Notes: generated from the sequence alone by a model not told the origin. 55,352 nucleotides of DNA, filler included, from Squatina squatina (GCA_031763465.1; 3 parts of 3 records of this genome joined end to end with filler, not necessarily neighbours in it); one strand, 5' to 3'; positions 25,856 to 39,050 are shown, counted from the first letter of the whole stretch. Program-made: numbers and translations.

Positions 25856-26470
25856 ATCAACATCCTAGTGATCGCCTACTGTCTTTCTAGAGCCCGGGAC
25901 TGGGCCTGGGATAAAGTCAAATTCTACATTGACGTAAAAAAGTTCCCAATTTCCATCGGCATTATCGTTTTTAGCTACACTTCACAGATCTTCCTGCCAT
26001 CGCTGGAGGGCAACATGAAGAGCCCCAAAGAGTTTCACAGCATGATGAACTGGACTCATATAGCAGCGTGTATACTAAAGGGACTATTTGCCCTGGTAGC
26101 GTACCTGACCTGGGCAGATGAAACAAAGGAGGTCATCACAGACAACCTCCCCTCTACTATCAGAGCAGTGGTCAACATTTTTCTGGTGGCCAAAGCCTTG
26201 CTCTCCTACCCACTACCGTTCTTCGCAGCTGTGGAAGTCTTGGAGAAGTCCTTTTTCCAAGAGGGGAGGTTTGCCATGCTTACTAATTGTTATGGGGTCG
26301 ATGGTAAAATCAAATCATGGGGGTTAGCTTTAAGGTGCGTGCTCGTGGTCTTGACCTTGCTGATGGCCATGTATATCCCCCACTTCGCTCTGCTCATGGG
26401 CCTGACTGGGAGCCTAACGGGTGCTGGCCTCTGTTTTCTGCTCCCAAGCCTCTTCCACCTCAAACTTTTG
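25856..26470 (+). CDS. SLC32A1: Vesicular inhibitory amino acid transporter (VGAT/VIAAT), partial large exon bounded by gaps
   Basis: Open frame [54 protein letters not shown]...[31 protein letters not shown], nearly identical to vertebrate VGAT. The C-terminus and stop probably lie in the gap 26471-26837. Confidence 0.95.
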
Positions 26471-28205
26471 NNNNNNNNNNNNNNNNNNNNNNNNNNNNNN
26501 NNNNNNNNNNNNNNNNNNNNNNNNNNNNNNNNNNNNNNNNNNNNNNNNNNNNNNNNNNNNNNNNNNNNNNNNNNNNNNNNNNNNNNNNNNNNNNNNNNNN
26601 NNNNNNNNNNNNNNNNNNNNNNNNNNNNNNNNNNNNNNNNNNNNNNNNNNNNNNNNNNNNNNNNNNNNNNNNNNNNNNNNNNNNNNNNNNNNNNNNNNNN
26701 NNNNNNNNNNNNNNNNNNNNNNNNNNNNNNNNNNNNNNNNNNNNNNNNNNNNNNNNNNNNNNNNNNNNNNNNNNNNNNNNNNNNNNNNNNNNNNNNNNNN
26801 NNNNNNNNNNNNNNNNNNNNNNNNNNNNNNNNNNNNNCTTGCAGAGTATTTCAAATATGCAGTGGTGGTGGGATCTGCTGTAATCAACTCGCTTCCCGAC
26901 ATTATAGGATTTCAACATTCAGTCTCTAGGCAAGGGACTGGAAGCGTCTTAAAATCCATGTTTAATATATGGAGAGGAGTATATGTGCTATCTAAGCGAT
27001 TGTTTCATGAACATGTGAACATGTTTTAAACCGTATGTGTGGTGTGGTTATACATGGCGGAATGTATAATGCAAAGTTTATCTTGAAGCATACATTGTGT
27101 AATATATATATACATATATGGCATAATAAATGACAGTATCTAATACATTTTGGTGGTGTTATTTCTGACGCTGAATTCGGCGGAATTACATATATTTTAA
27201 TCAGAATGAACGAATTGTGCAAAACGGCAACAAAAATAATCAAAGAATGTCACATTTTATGAATTTCGTTTGACATATTTAAAGAATAATGAGGTTTGCA
27301 TGCTATATATTAACAGTAGCCCCCAATGGCAGAAGCCCCGCGCTATTTGCAATTATGTTCCATCCATCACATTTCAAATAGTCTCCACTAACAGGATGAA
27401 GTTCATGATGTTGACCCGGGCACTGTTTCAAGACTGGGCTAACTCGAGCTGGAGAAGCTCTTTTTGTTTTGGAGGGCGGGTGGGTGTTTTGAGGAAATCA
27501 CAGATAACTTATTTCAGGACACCTATATGTGTATAATATTAGTCGATATAATGCGAATTATTAGCCGATAGATAAATCGCGTCTGTCCATATAATGCGCT
27601 CCACAAGGGTTATTTAATTCTGATAGTATGTAACTAACAATGTTTGATTTCACAACAAATTAGAAAGAAGTTCCATAGTGATAATTAATGAGATCTACAT
27701 GTTTAGTTTTGGGTGGTGCGATATTGCTGAATTAAAACAGGGATACTGATTTCATAAAATACTGGAGCTTTTTAGCAAATAATGCGAATTGTTAAAATGC
27801 AGATTCCAAATTTCTGAATAATATAAAATAAAGAAATATACCTCTGCACGACGGGTGTTTCACCACCGTATTTAGTGATCACAACAGTGTCACAAGGGCC
27901 AGACTCGCTCCAAGTGCATGTGCCTCTTTATATAGAGACTGTTTTACTCACTGACAAGCAATACAGTGATCTGAATGGGGAAGTAGCACGAAGATTGGTA
28001 AACAAACAGTGGCAATTTACGAATCGGCTGCAGAAGGACCTAACTTATAAATTAGGGATGCAGTAGGGCAATTTGAATTATGCAGCTATTTCCAACCATG
28101 CACAGGCATATTTTATTTATAAGACGTTTAATATTTGCCCATTTATTTTACGTTCCTTGCATTGCTTGGAATCACACAAAGGTGGTATTTTTACCAGGAG
28201 TAATT

Positions 28206-28662
28206 GGGGCCGAAATTCATCTCCTGTAACGCCCCATTGCCGCCTCTGAGGGGCACTAATGGGATGTTAGAGAGAAAAATGGTGTCGGAAGGTGGCCATC
28301 TCGCCTCCCGAGAAATTCAGCTGGCAGGCAAAGGCCTTTGCGCCTGGCCTGCTCAATTTCGTGATGGGTCGGCGCGTGACATTATCAAAACATGCGCCGA
28401 CCCACACTGCGCAGCTGCAACGCCCTTCATGCTTCGTTTGCATCCCGAGGGTGAAATTCACCCACGGGAGGCGGCCACAGCACGGGGTGGTTGCTGCAAT
28501 GGCTCTCTTAAAGGAGAGGGCCTGTGCGCCTCTGGCTGCCATCTTTATTTTTCGGCCGACTATGGCGGCCCTCGACCGGATTGGGCCACCATCCCCATGT
28601 CTGCCGTGCTGACTGGCATGCCAGACTGGTGGCCCGGTCGCCGGCGTCAGTGGTGGTGCTGT
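28206..28662. mobile_element. Harbinger-like MITE arm truncated by a gap
   Basis: TIR GGGGCCGAAATT and internal hairpin GGGTCGGCGCGTG/CATGCGCCGACCC. Homologous to the reverse complement of 2118-2611. Confidence 0.7.
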
Positions 28663-28762
28663 NNNNNNNNNNNNNNNNNNNNNNNNNNNNNNNNNNNNNN
28701 NNNNNNNNNNNNNNNNNNNNNNNNNNNNNNNNNNNNNNNNNNNNNNNNNNNNNNNNNNNNNN

Positions 28763-28879
28763 ATATGGGGATAGTGCAGGAAAATGGTGTTGAGGTAGAT
28801 CAGCCATGATCTTGTTGTATGGTGGTGAAGGCTCGAGGGGCTGAATAACCTACTCCTACTCCTAGTTCTTATGTTCTTA
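28763..28879 (+). mobile_element. CR1 LINE 3' tail
   Basis: gatcagccatgatct...ggctcgaggggctgaat..cctactcct.ctcct..ttcttatgttcttat. Confidence 0.8.
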
Positions 28880-29858
28880 TACGATCCCGATTTGCAATCC
28901 TTATTGAGGCTGGTGGCAGCCTCATCTGTTGCCAATACCAGCAGCAGCATTAACCTGGAAAATCAGCGGGAACAGAGTACAAAATAGAGCCACTCTCTTT
29001 TAAGAGCTTTCCCACTAATCGGGGAGAGTAAGTTCACCTTTTAGTATGTTATTGTAAGCATGAATATTTTTGAAAATAAAACTAAACATTTTGTCCACAA
29101 GATGGTACTGTAGTACTGAAATATAAGACCAGTGTCGGGTAGCGTCAGTAAGAATTTGTCTACAGGCTGCAGATCAAAGATTCTGTTTCCTTTTCTGTTA
29201 CCGCGGAGTAACAATATCAACACAAATCATAATATTGATGTATTGCCTATCTATAAGACCAGTTTAATCACTTCAACCCAAGTAACAACACCCTGCGATT
29301 TATGAGCAGCATAAGCTAACCTTTCTCCTTTAACTCTCTTCAGGTCTTTCTATACCACGTACCATTGATGAGGTGGACAAGTGACTTGCTCCGAGCACTT
29401 TCCCAAACCTGCTCTGAGGATCTATTAGAAGTTGTTCAAGAGAAGCCTGAGGACAAGAGACATCCGATCTCTGCGTGGTGCTTTTTTCCCATCACATAGC
29501 CATGATTGCGAAGTTGCCATGTGGAATATTAATGTAAATTCACATTTTATAGCTGTATGTGGCATCAGTGCACTGTATCATCAGATAACTTCGTGCCAAC
29601 ATTTAATTTTTCAGTGGTTTGTGGGTCTGGCAGATAGCATTGATATGTCTGAGCAGGAGAGGAAATATGTTAACCTCAGTTCAGAAGAGCAGGGTTTCTG
29701 AACCAAGTTCCAAGCTTATGCCAATTTTAAACTATTTTTATTCCTGGGTTCCATGACACTTGTATTAGTTTGGCAGTTAGTCTGATGCTGGTAGCTGAAA
29801 CAAAATTTAAAGCTGCACTGTCTGTGCTGATTGTTTATCAGCTCCAACAAAACCCTTA

Positions 29859-30141
29859 GGGCGGCCAATTCGTGGTCAAACCTCCAGCGTCAAATTGGTG
29901 CGAAACTGGCGTTAGGCCACTTTTAGCGCTAAAACGCGGGCGCAAAATTCGGGTACCGGTAGCACCGGCGCTAAATGGGCGCAAAACCCATAACGCTCGA
30001 GGCGCTGGCATTAGTCTAAATGCGGCGCTGTGACGTCATGAGTGCGCGCACCACCCAAAATGGCTGCTCGTCCAGAATTGCACAGTGTCACTGTGCACTA
30101 AATCCGGCGGTGACAACGACTACTTTTTTCAGCGTTGACAC
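29859..30141. mobile_element. Harbinger-like MITE end truncated by a gap
   Basis: Flanked by TTA, the canonical PIF/Harbinger target, then GGGCGGCCAATT and very CpG-rich sequence. Confidence 0.6.
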
Positions 30142-30241
30142 NNNNNNNNNNNNNNNNNNNNNNNNNNNNNNNNNNNNNNNNNNNNNNNNNNNNNNNNNNN
30201 NNNNNNNNNNNNNNNNNNNNNNNNNNNNNNNNNNNNNNNNN

Positions 30242-30425
30242 CTATCCAGTCTAATCCCACTTGCAAGCTCTTGGTCGGTAACCTTGTTGGTTACGGCACT
30301 TCAAGTGCATATCCAAGTACTTTTTAAATGAGATGAGGGTTTCTGCCTTTAACACCCTTTCAGGCTATGAGTTCTAGATCACCACCACCCTCTGAGTGAA
30401 CACATTTCTTCTCAACTCCCCTCTA
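30242..30425 (-). mobile_element. CR1 LINE 3' fragment
   Basis: The reverse complement encodes FTQRVVVI*NS*PERVLKAETLISFKKYLD, the CR1 ORF2 C-terminal motif. Confidence 0.8.
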
Positions 30426-30433
30426 TCCCTTCA

Positions 30434-30564
30434 TGGGATATGGGGAGAAAGCAGGAACAAGGTACTGAATTTGGATGATCAGACATGATCATATTAAATG
30501 GCGGAGCAGGCTCGAAGGGCCGAATGACTTACTCCTGCTCCTACTTTCTTCGTTTCTATGTTTC
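30434..30564 (+). mobile_element. CR1 LINE 3' tail
   Basis: gggatatggggagaaagcagga...gatcagacatgatc...aatggcggagcaggctcgaagggccgaat..c.tactcctgctcct...tttctatgtttc. Confidence 0.8.
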
Positions 30565-32680
30565 ATAACACAATCAATACCAAAAACAGCAAAACATAAA
30601 CAGTATCCTTCAGAAGTCTAGCACAGCAATAGCTGGTGTAGTCAAAAGCAGGAAAATTAGAATTTACAGGAAGGGGTGATGATTTATTTACACTGACATA
30701 TTTCATTTAAAAATGATGTGTTCAGAATAATAGATTTATTATTATGACTCCTAATTCTTGTGTATGTGTCTCAAATCTCTAAAGGATGTTCTCATGATTT
30801 TGAAGGGTTCTGATGTCAAATATTTTAACTTGGCTAAAGAAATGTTTGTGCCTTATGCAAGGGATTTGAGGGATGAATTTAGCAGATGTGAAATGTAGGC
30901 AAACAAGCACTGAGGGTTGTGGATGGACTAACAGATACTAAGTGGAGGGGGAGGTATTTNNNNNNNNNNNNNNNNNNNNNNNNNNNNNNNNNNNNNNNNN
31001 NNNNNNNNNNNNNNNNNNNNNNNNNNNNNNNNNNNNNNNNNNNNNNNNNNNNNNNNNNNTTCTGAGTAAAGAACTAACTGTTGGACTGCTACAGCTCTGG
31101 GAAATTCCAGAATTCTCTGGGACAACCATTTTAGTTCACACTCTGTGATACTGAGACTAATACACATGTAGTATTAATGTTACTCAAATCTTAGGATTAG
31201 CTTTATTATTGCATTATTATCCTTCCACTACTAAAGTGAACACTTAAAAAAAAGGAAGTGAAAAAATGTAAACACTCCTCACCTTTCCTCCCCCAAATTC
31301 TTTCTTGTACCTATTTTCACTTGTATGTTTAATTATTTAAACTTAATTTCTCTTTCAATCTATTGTAATACTTCTATTTTTTCTCAGTAAGAAATAGTTT
31401 AAATATTCAAAAGTGTTGGCCTTTGATTGGCTGAAATCAAGCTCTAAAGGCTAATCTTATAAAGATAAACAGAAGTGCATTATGAACATGACAAAGTGGA
31501 CCTTTGATAAATTTCAAATCATCAAACCAAGGAGTACAACAGGACACGTTGCCTCACCTGTGAAGTAGGCAATTCAATTGTAATCAAATAAGATAACTTG
31601 CCCATTTGATTCTGTGTGTTAAGAGGCTAGGTCACGGAACATATTCTGGTAATATTTTTCATCATACATTTCAGTGCTGTAAATGGAGGATGTTTTGAAT
31701 TAAAGTTCAATATCTGTACACCATTATAACATTTCTCAAAGCTATTAGGCAGCTAAAGCTGCATATACCTCAAGGCAGAAACAGCATACCTACAATGATC
31801 TTGATATGACTGTTCAGTATCCAGTGTTACAGCTGGTACGATTAAATAAACCAAACATGGAAGCACGAAATGCTGTACATGATGTTACAACTCCTCTGAC
31901 AATCCTGTAGGAAATTCTATTTTTAGGTGTGCATGTATTTCTTACCTTTAAATATCCCTTCTACCAGTGGAAAATGAATGCCTCTTCATTTCTCTGTTGG
32001 GATTTCTGGAAGCTGATACAAAGATTTCTTCATTAGTAATGCTGCATTGACTTGAGAAATTACTTTGAACATTACTGACCGGATGATGCCCACGGGTGAT
32101 CTGAAAAATATTGGTAGCATCTTCAGAAAGAGTGCAAGTTAATCAGTAAAACTATTGTAACATCTAGAAACCCACAGATAACATTATTTCTATAGTATGT
32201 GCATACCACCAATACCCATATCAAAAGCCATTACGAAGTAATTATCATAGCTCCGCCACATTAAAATCAGTAATTTTCCTGCATTTAAGCCAGTTTTCAC
32301 CTGCTGCCACTTAGACTGAAAAATAATGGTCTGGTGGCTTGGCAGCGGCATGATTTATTGACATTAAATACATTCTCTGATTGCATTTAAATAACGTGCT
32401 AATGTGTTTGCTGATTGGGGCTCATTGAATAGACAGGTTCTCAAACCACTGCATTGTCATTTCAAAAACGTATTATTGATAATTTTTTTTCAAGTCTTTT
32501 TTTAACTAAGTTTCTTTTAAAGTATTGCAGAGCATAAGAGTTTTGAACCTGCGACAAAAACTCTTGCACAAATAAACTGGGCTGGAGGGTGCAGCAAAGG
32601 TTGTTACTCAGATTGTCGTTCCCTAAAGTCAAGAAGTTAGATAGTGCTGGCCCCAGCTCTTCCGTCATTTAACAATTCTG

Positions 32681-33251
32681 AGAGGAATTTTTCAGGGATG
32701 GGTGGGGGTGGAGGGGGCCGGGTTGGTTGGGACAAAAATGTCCTGACAGGGGGTCAGGACCCCGCTGTCATTCCGCCACCACTTGCCTTTCCTAAATGTT
32801 GGGTCTATCAGGGCTGAACAGACCCGACACACAGCGGCGGGGGAAGGCAATTTAGGTTATTATGACCTTGATAACAGCCCTTTAAACAGTATTTCGAGCT
32901 GAACTTACCATTTTATCAGGTTGTCCTACACAGCATCTACACTGCTCGGTGATCGCGTCAGGTAAGAACGTTGGCAGTTGTATGACCATGGATTCATTTT
33001 TTTACTTGACAGCTGCAAATCTGCTATAAAAGCTCCCATCTCACAGCTGTTTCCAAGATCAAAAGCTATTGCTACTGCATTTGGAAGGCAGATTGAGCTT
33101 TATGCAGGTTGCAAGGGCTAGAAATTGGCCTTGTTTGTGCCCCCATTAGCACCTCTGGGGCGATAACGGGATGCTACCGACTTTGTGACTGGGTGTGGCT
33201 TGAGTACAGATGCCCACTAAATTCCCCTGAAGATTTGTGACGCTGGTAACC
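32681..33251. mobile_element. Two Harbinger-like element ends (about 32681 and 33115)
   Basis: A GC-rich block starts gaggaattttt. A second TIR, GGGCTAGAAATT at 33115, is followed by ccccattagcacctc, which is shared with the reverse complement of 2118-2611. Confidence 0.55.
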
Positions 33252-34848
33252 NNNNNNNNNNNNNNNNNNNNNNNNNNNNNNNNNNNNNNNNNNNNNNNNN
33301 NNNNNNNNNNNNNNNNNNNNNNNNNNNNNNNNNNNNNNNNNNNNNNNNNNNNNNNNNNNNNNNNNNNNNNNNNNNNNNNNNNNNNNNNNNNNNNNNNNNN
33401 NNNNNNNNNNNNNNNNNNNNNNNNNNNNNNNNNNNNNNNNNNNNNNNNNNNNNNNNNNNNNNNNNNNNNNNNNNNNNNNNNNNNNNNNNNNNNNNNNNNN
33501 NNNNNNNNNNNNNNNNNNNNNNNNNNNNNNNNNNNNNNNNNNNNNNNNNNNNNNNNNNNNNNNNNNNNNNNNNNNNNNNNNNNNNNNNNNNNNNNNNNNN
33601 NNNNNNNNNNNNNNNNNNNNNNNNNNNNNNNNNNNNNNNNNNNNNNNNNNNNNNNNNNNNNNNNNNNNNNNNNNNNNNNNNNNNNNNNNNNNNNNNNNNN
33701 NNNNNNNNNNNNNNNNNNNNNNNNNNNNNNNNNNNNNNNNNNNNNNNNNNNNNNNNNNNNNNNNNNNNNNNNNNNNNNNNNNNNNNNNNNNNNNNNNNNN
33801 NNNNNNNNNNNNNNNNNNNNNNNNNNNNNNNNNNNNNNNNNNNNNNNNNNNNNNNNNNNNNNNNNNNNNNNNNNNNNNNNNNNNNNNNNNNNNNNNNNNN
33901 NNNNNNNNNNNNNNNNNNNNNNNNNNNNNNNNNNNNNNNNNNNNNNNNNNNNNNNNNNNNNNNNNNNNNNNNNNNNNNNNNNNNNNNNNNNNNNNNNNNN
34001 NNNNNNNNNNNNNNNNNNNNNNNNNNNNNNNNNNNATGGACATTAGCTCCTTCATTTTAAGTTGGGTAAATGTCCACTAAAATAGCAGAGATAAATTTCA
34101 GAAGAACATCTGACATTGTAGTATACCACAGCCTCAGAGTACAAAAGTAGTTGTCTTGCTCTTGACATAATGATAAAGCAATCATTTTCTGGACTTTATA
34201 AAAAATGAATCACCATTGCCCATTCATTCAGTGAAATATAATTAATAATTTCAGAGAAAAATATGCATGCCTACATGTGATTGCCTGGGATAAATGATGT
34301 CAATGAGCTTGCAATATGTGTGAGTAGTTAAAATCAATACCACTTTCTTAAAAATGGGGAATGAATTACTTCCACGCACCCTTGTTCAATTACCCTCACA
34401 CTCTAACCCTGCCTCCCCTGAAGGCTACATTTGGTCTTGACTCCCTATGTGCAGTACCACAGGAGACTCACTCATAATTATAAAATATTAAATGTATTAG
34501 TTCTGAAATATACCAGCATGTCAAATTTCAGCTCCAAATGCAATAAGCATAATTGTAAGAAACAACAATAAATTGTGCACTGCATAAATAATGCATTTAT
34601 TACCAACTAAATGTAATATGCATGACAAACTAACACCTAATCAATCTTTCTTGCTAAAATATAAATATAAATATGAACAGGTAACCAGAATTATGCCCAC
34701 TGGCACATATAATGGAACCCATTACTGTAAACATACAAACAGAATGCAAACATTCTGGTTGTTCATGGTCTGTCCTTCCACTGTTCAACTATTTGAACAC
34801 TATTTATGTCCTGCTGCATGTCTGAATTCTTTACATTCAGAGATAAGA

Positions 34849-35209
34849 GGGTTGAAATTGATACGCACCCCATATGGGGCGGGATCCAGCATTTCTCATG
34901 TCGGCGCCTGCCCCACCCGCACGCTGCAGAATTCATTGCTCCAGGGCACATGCGAGCCGCAGTGCACTCCCGGACGCAACTCGGGCGGCTGGCCTTTTAC
35001 TTCGCTGACATGGCTTCAGCATCACACCAGCGATGTCAGATGTGCCCTATCAGCGTGCTGCGTGCTAACGTCAGCCCACTGCGTGCTGATGTCAGCAACA
35101 CTGCCAGGCCTCGCTTTAAACGAGAGGGCTGTTGGCCATCCTGACAGCGCCCCGTGGCCCGACACTGGGCCACCAGGGAGGCCGGTGACCGGGCCATCAG
35201 CCTGGCATG
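34849..35209. mobile_element. Harbinger-like MITE arm truncated by a gap
   Basis: TIR GGGTTGAAATT. The block acagcgcccc...cactgggccacc.aggga...gac.gggcca.cagcc is shared with 2236-2300. Confidence 0.7.
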
Positions 35210-36206
35210 NNNNNNNNNNNNNNNNNNNNNNNNNNNNNNNNNNNNNNNNNNNNNNNNNNNNNNNNNNNNNNNNNNNNNNNNNNNNNNNNNNNNNNNNNNN
35301 NNNNNNNNNAGTCCTTTACAATTCGAATCAGGCAGCCGACGGTTCTCTGCATATAACCAAAGCAGGAGTGACCGGGCTGCCATAATTGCACAGCAAGACT
35401 CCAGGTTGAGGAGCAAACAGAGTGTGCGACCTACAGAAGGTTTTGTCAATTCCACAAGCATTTTGCAGGTTGATTTTAAGCTTTTTAGTGAATTTGACAA
35501 ATGTTGCGCAGACATTACTTAACTGACATCTTTCAAGTTATTTGTCTGCAGATAACACTGGAAAGGCTTTTAGTGACAACATGATCCCATCAATTTATTT
35601 TCTGTGGTCTTTCTGACTTCATTGTCAAAACTGTGATGCAAAATAATGAAAGGTTCCTGCATAGAGTATATGTTAAAGTGGTTCTTCACCAACAAGAAAA
35701 AAAGAACTTGCACAAATAGAACCCTGCTTTAGGTCTATTTATAATCATATATATTGTGGCTAATAGTACAAAATTAATGGTCTGTAAAATGTCATAGATG
35801 CAGTATAAAAGAAGCAAGGTTATATGTCAGCAGGTTTTCATTATAAGGAAATGACTGTTAATTGACCTAGTTGATCATTTTTATTCAATTATCCTGGACA
35901 CTCATTAGAAAAAGGCTACACTAAGAAATAAACACGTGTTAATGCAAACACTGTCACAGTGTGTAATTTGATTATATTGTCAAAGTCACATTGGGAAATT
36001 TGTCATTGTCGAAATGTTATGCTTTTTTAACCAGGGATTGTAATTTAAATGGTACAATTGAGGTCTCGGGGATTAAGGAATAAGCAATTACATTTTCAAA
36101 TGCAATTGTCAGTAAAGTTTGAAGAAACAACAGTTTTTAATAATTTTAGGAACTTTTCCTGATATTTGTGCTTTTCTGAAGAGTGGAATGCTGGGATCTG
36201 TATGCA

Positions 36207-36255
36207 TTTAAAAAATAATTCTTGGGATGTGGGTATCACTGGCAAGGCTGGCATT
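36207..36255 (-). mobile_element. SINE/LINE shared 3' tail fragment
   Basis: The reverse complement aatgccagccttgccagtgatacccacatcccaagaa matches the tails at about 4290, 47757 and 51817. Confidence 0.7.
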
Positions 36256-36489
36256 NNNNNNNNNNNNNNNNNNNNNNNNNNNNNNNNNNNNNNNNNNNNN
36301 NNNNNNNNNNNNNNNNNNNNNNNNNNNNNNNNNNNNNNNNNNNNNNNNNNNNNNNAATGGCAGGCAATGTTAGATGCCCTGCCTCAGCAAATTATGGCCC
36401 AATATTAAAAACATACTAAAACCTACGATCAAAACATGTGGTGAAAAGTTTATTGTTTAGTCAGCAAACTTTTGGTTCAGAAATTGTCC

Positions 36490-36830
36490 AGTATGGTACT
36501 GCATTGACAGCTCAGAAGGTCTTAGGTTCGACATTTGCTGATGTAGCTGATCTCAGTGAGGGGTAAGGGCGCAATAATTGGTCTCAGTGCTCCTGGGGTA
36601 ACAAAGAGAAAATTCAGCCAGGTCTCTCCCTCCTGATCACCATTCACTGACTCAGCTGGGAAATGTGGATGTGATCTAATGAGGCAAGGATTGGACTTAT
36701 CTGGAATACCTCCAGGGTTAATTAGCCTGTCAACATTGACCATCTTGGCTCACATATGAAGAGCAGCCACTGGGTGAGGTACTGGAGGGTTGCTTGTAGC
36801 TGTGGAACTGTACCGCAGCATGAATCACTC
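36490..36830 (+). mobile_element. Diverged SINE-like repeat with a tRNA-like head (unclassified)
   Basis: B-box-like aggttcgac near the 5' end. The body is similar to the minus-strand copies at 6660-7000 and 40120-40440. Confidence 0.55.
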
Positions 36831-37400
36831 ACTGTCTGTGTGACATAAAGAAATGAAGGGAAAGTGACCCAACTTACATAATGCAACTTTCAGGGCAGAC
36901 CTTAAACTGCAGAAGACACAAACATCATCAACTCATAGCATATATCACATACGTTCAGCACCACATTCATCTGACCTTTCCATCACAGAAATAAAAACAC
37001 ATCAGATTATGAAAAGCAAGCTGTAAAACCTAGCACCAGCCACATCACTCTCAGCTGCAATCCACACATTACATAAAGTAGTTTGAATGTAAAAATATTT
37101 CAATCCTCCACCCACACATCACACTTACCTAACTGAAATGAGCAAAAATAGGCCTGCCCAATCAATGATGCCATTGATAAAGAGTAAAATTGCAAGATTA
37201 ACATTGTTTACAATTCTTCCACAGTGCCTTAGAAACTTAAACTGGTTTGAAGATAAAATTTAAAAAAAAAACCTTTTCCATGAGTCACAATCTGTCGACA
37301 ATTTGCATTCCTGTAATCCACCTCCACAGTGAGCTCAGCAACTAGCACATCGTACTACAGTGATTTTATTGCGGAGCAAACAACAGCCTTCTTTAATGTT

Positions 37401-37715
37401 AAGTCCCCACAAAATAATAGCAGTGTGTTGAAAAAAGTGAGTAAAGCTCCATATCCATATAATAATGTTTAATTTAAATCACATAAATGCATTGGACCCC
37501 CTGCACATTCTATTCTGAATCACAACATGAAGAAAAATGTGCTAAATGTATTATTAGTTTAATGTAAGTGAAGAAAAACAAATATTAGTCTGTTCAAAAA
37601 AATAGCAGTGTCATCATTCATCTTTACAAAGTGATGAATTTACCGTTTAAACAAAAATGCTTGAAGTTTAATCTTTCTTGTGCATCTCTGAACTAATATT
37701 TAGTTGTGTAACCAT
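37401..37715 (+). mobile_element. Tc1/mariner IR/DR-type terminal inverted repeat, truncated by a gap
   Basis: Two 17-bp direct repeats, caaaataatagcagtgt (37410-26) and caaaaaaatagcagtgt (37595-611), 185 bp apart. They are followed by a Tc1-like ctaatatttagttgtgtaacc. Confidence 0.6.
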
Positions 37716-38974
37716 NNNNNNNNNNNNNNNNNNNNNNNNNNNNNNNNNNNNNNNNNNNNNNNNNNNNNNNNNNNNNNNNNNNNNNNNNNNNNNNNNNNNN
37801 NNNNNNNNNNNNNNNATTATAAACAGATAAAAAGCTTTCCCAACAATCATACGGGAGTGATAATACCCCTTTAAGAAATCTTTTAAAAATTGAAGAGAAA
37901 ATTTTCAATAAACACATTAATTTGTCAACTGAAATGAATTAATCAACCAGTGCCAGTCTGGATGCAAATCTATTCCAATGCTGACAGATCTTATAGAACT
38001 CACTGAGCATGCATGCTTAGCTTTTGATTGTAACACTGTGATTGACTCAGTATTTCTTGACTTTTTAAGGTGTTCAACACAGTCAGCCATAACTCATTAT
38101 TCATGAAGCTTAAATTCTGTGGTTTCAGATCTTAGATTATTTCCTGTTTTAAATCATAAATAGATATCAAAAATCTGTTTTAAATGGTTCATTATCTCCT
38201 ATAGCTGAGGAGTGCTCATATTCCCTGAGGCTCAATTTAACATCCTTTATTATTCAACATATTAGCAACTTGCAGGACATATGCTGCCAAGTAGGAGTGT
38301 TGATGAATGCAGATATACTGCCATGTAGCATGAATCTTCTTCAGTTAGTGACATCTCATTTGCACTTTTGCGGAAACTGGGGAAGATTAATAATAATTTG
38401 AAGAACTCCTGGTATACTGGCTAAGCCCTAATAGCTCAAACTGAGGTTAAAAAAGAATTGTCGCCCTTGTGAAAAAACATTATAGCTATGGTTTTCTCCA
38501 CCAAAAGTGAAACAGCATAATTCACATTTCATTGACTACAAACTGAATAGAAAATGTTGTGTTGCCAAAATATCGGTCTCCCTCCCAAATTATGATGTAA
38601 TGCAGGTGTGCAATTGAAAATTATTCATTTTGCCCATGTCCAATTTCCATGAATTTTAAAAAAACAACAGGATCACAGTGCAGGGAGCAGCCCCTGTTTT
38701 CCATCTCAGCCAAACCCTGAGGACACAGACCAAATTATTTGCTCGCACCCTTAAACTACCAGGCACTGGCTCTCCCGATTGCTGGGGACCACCCCCAAGG
38801 GTCCCTGGCTGCAGCCTCCTGCTGCTAGTTTTCCTGCCTGGCAGCTGGCCAGCCTGTCAATTTGGCTGGTTGTCGAGCGGGAAATGGATGAGGAAAAGAA
38901 AATTAGGATGGGGCTGCGTCCCTGTCCTTGCCAGATTTTCCCCGCACTCTCCCTGCCTCCCCACAAATATTGAG

Positions 38975-39050
38975 GATGTTAATCTGTTTCTATCTCCATA
39001 AACGCTGCCGGACCTGCTGAGCATTTCCAGCACTTTCTGTCTTCATTTCA
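38975..39050 (+). mobile_element. Penelope-like terminal fragment
   Basis: gttaatctgtttctatctcca...gctgccggacctgctgagcatttccagcactttctgt matches 12295-12360. Confidence 0.6.

Noticed and set aside
33174-34055. Long ORFs of 269-293 aa, and other ORFs containing X runs
   Set aside because: They consist almost entirely of N gap sequence.
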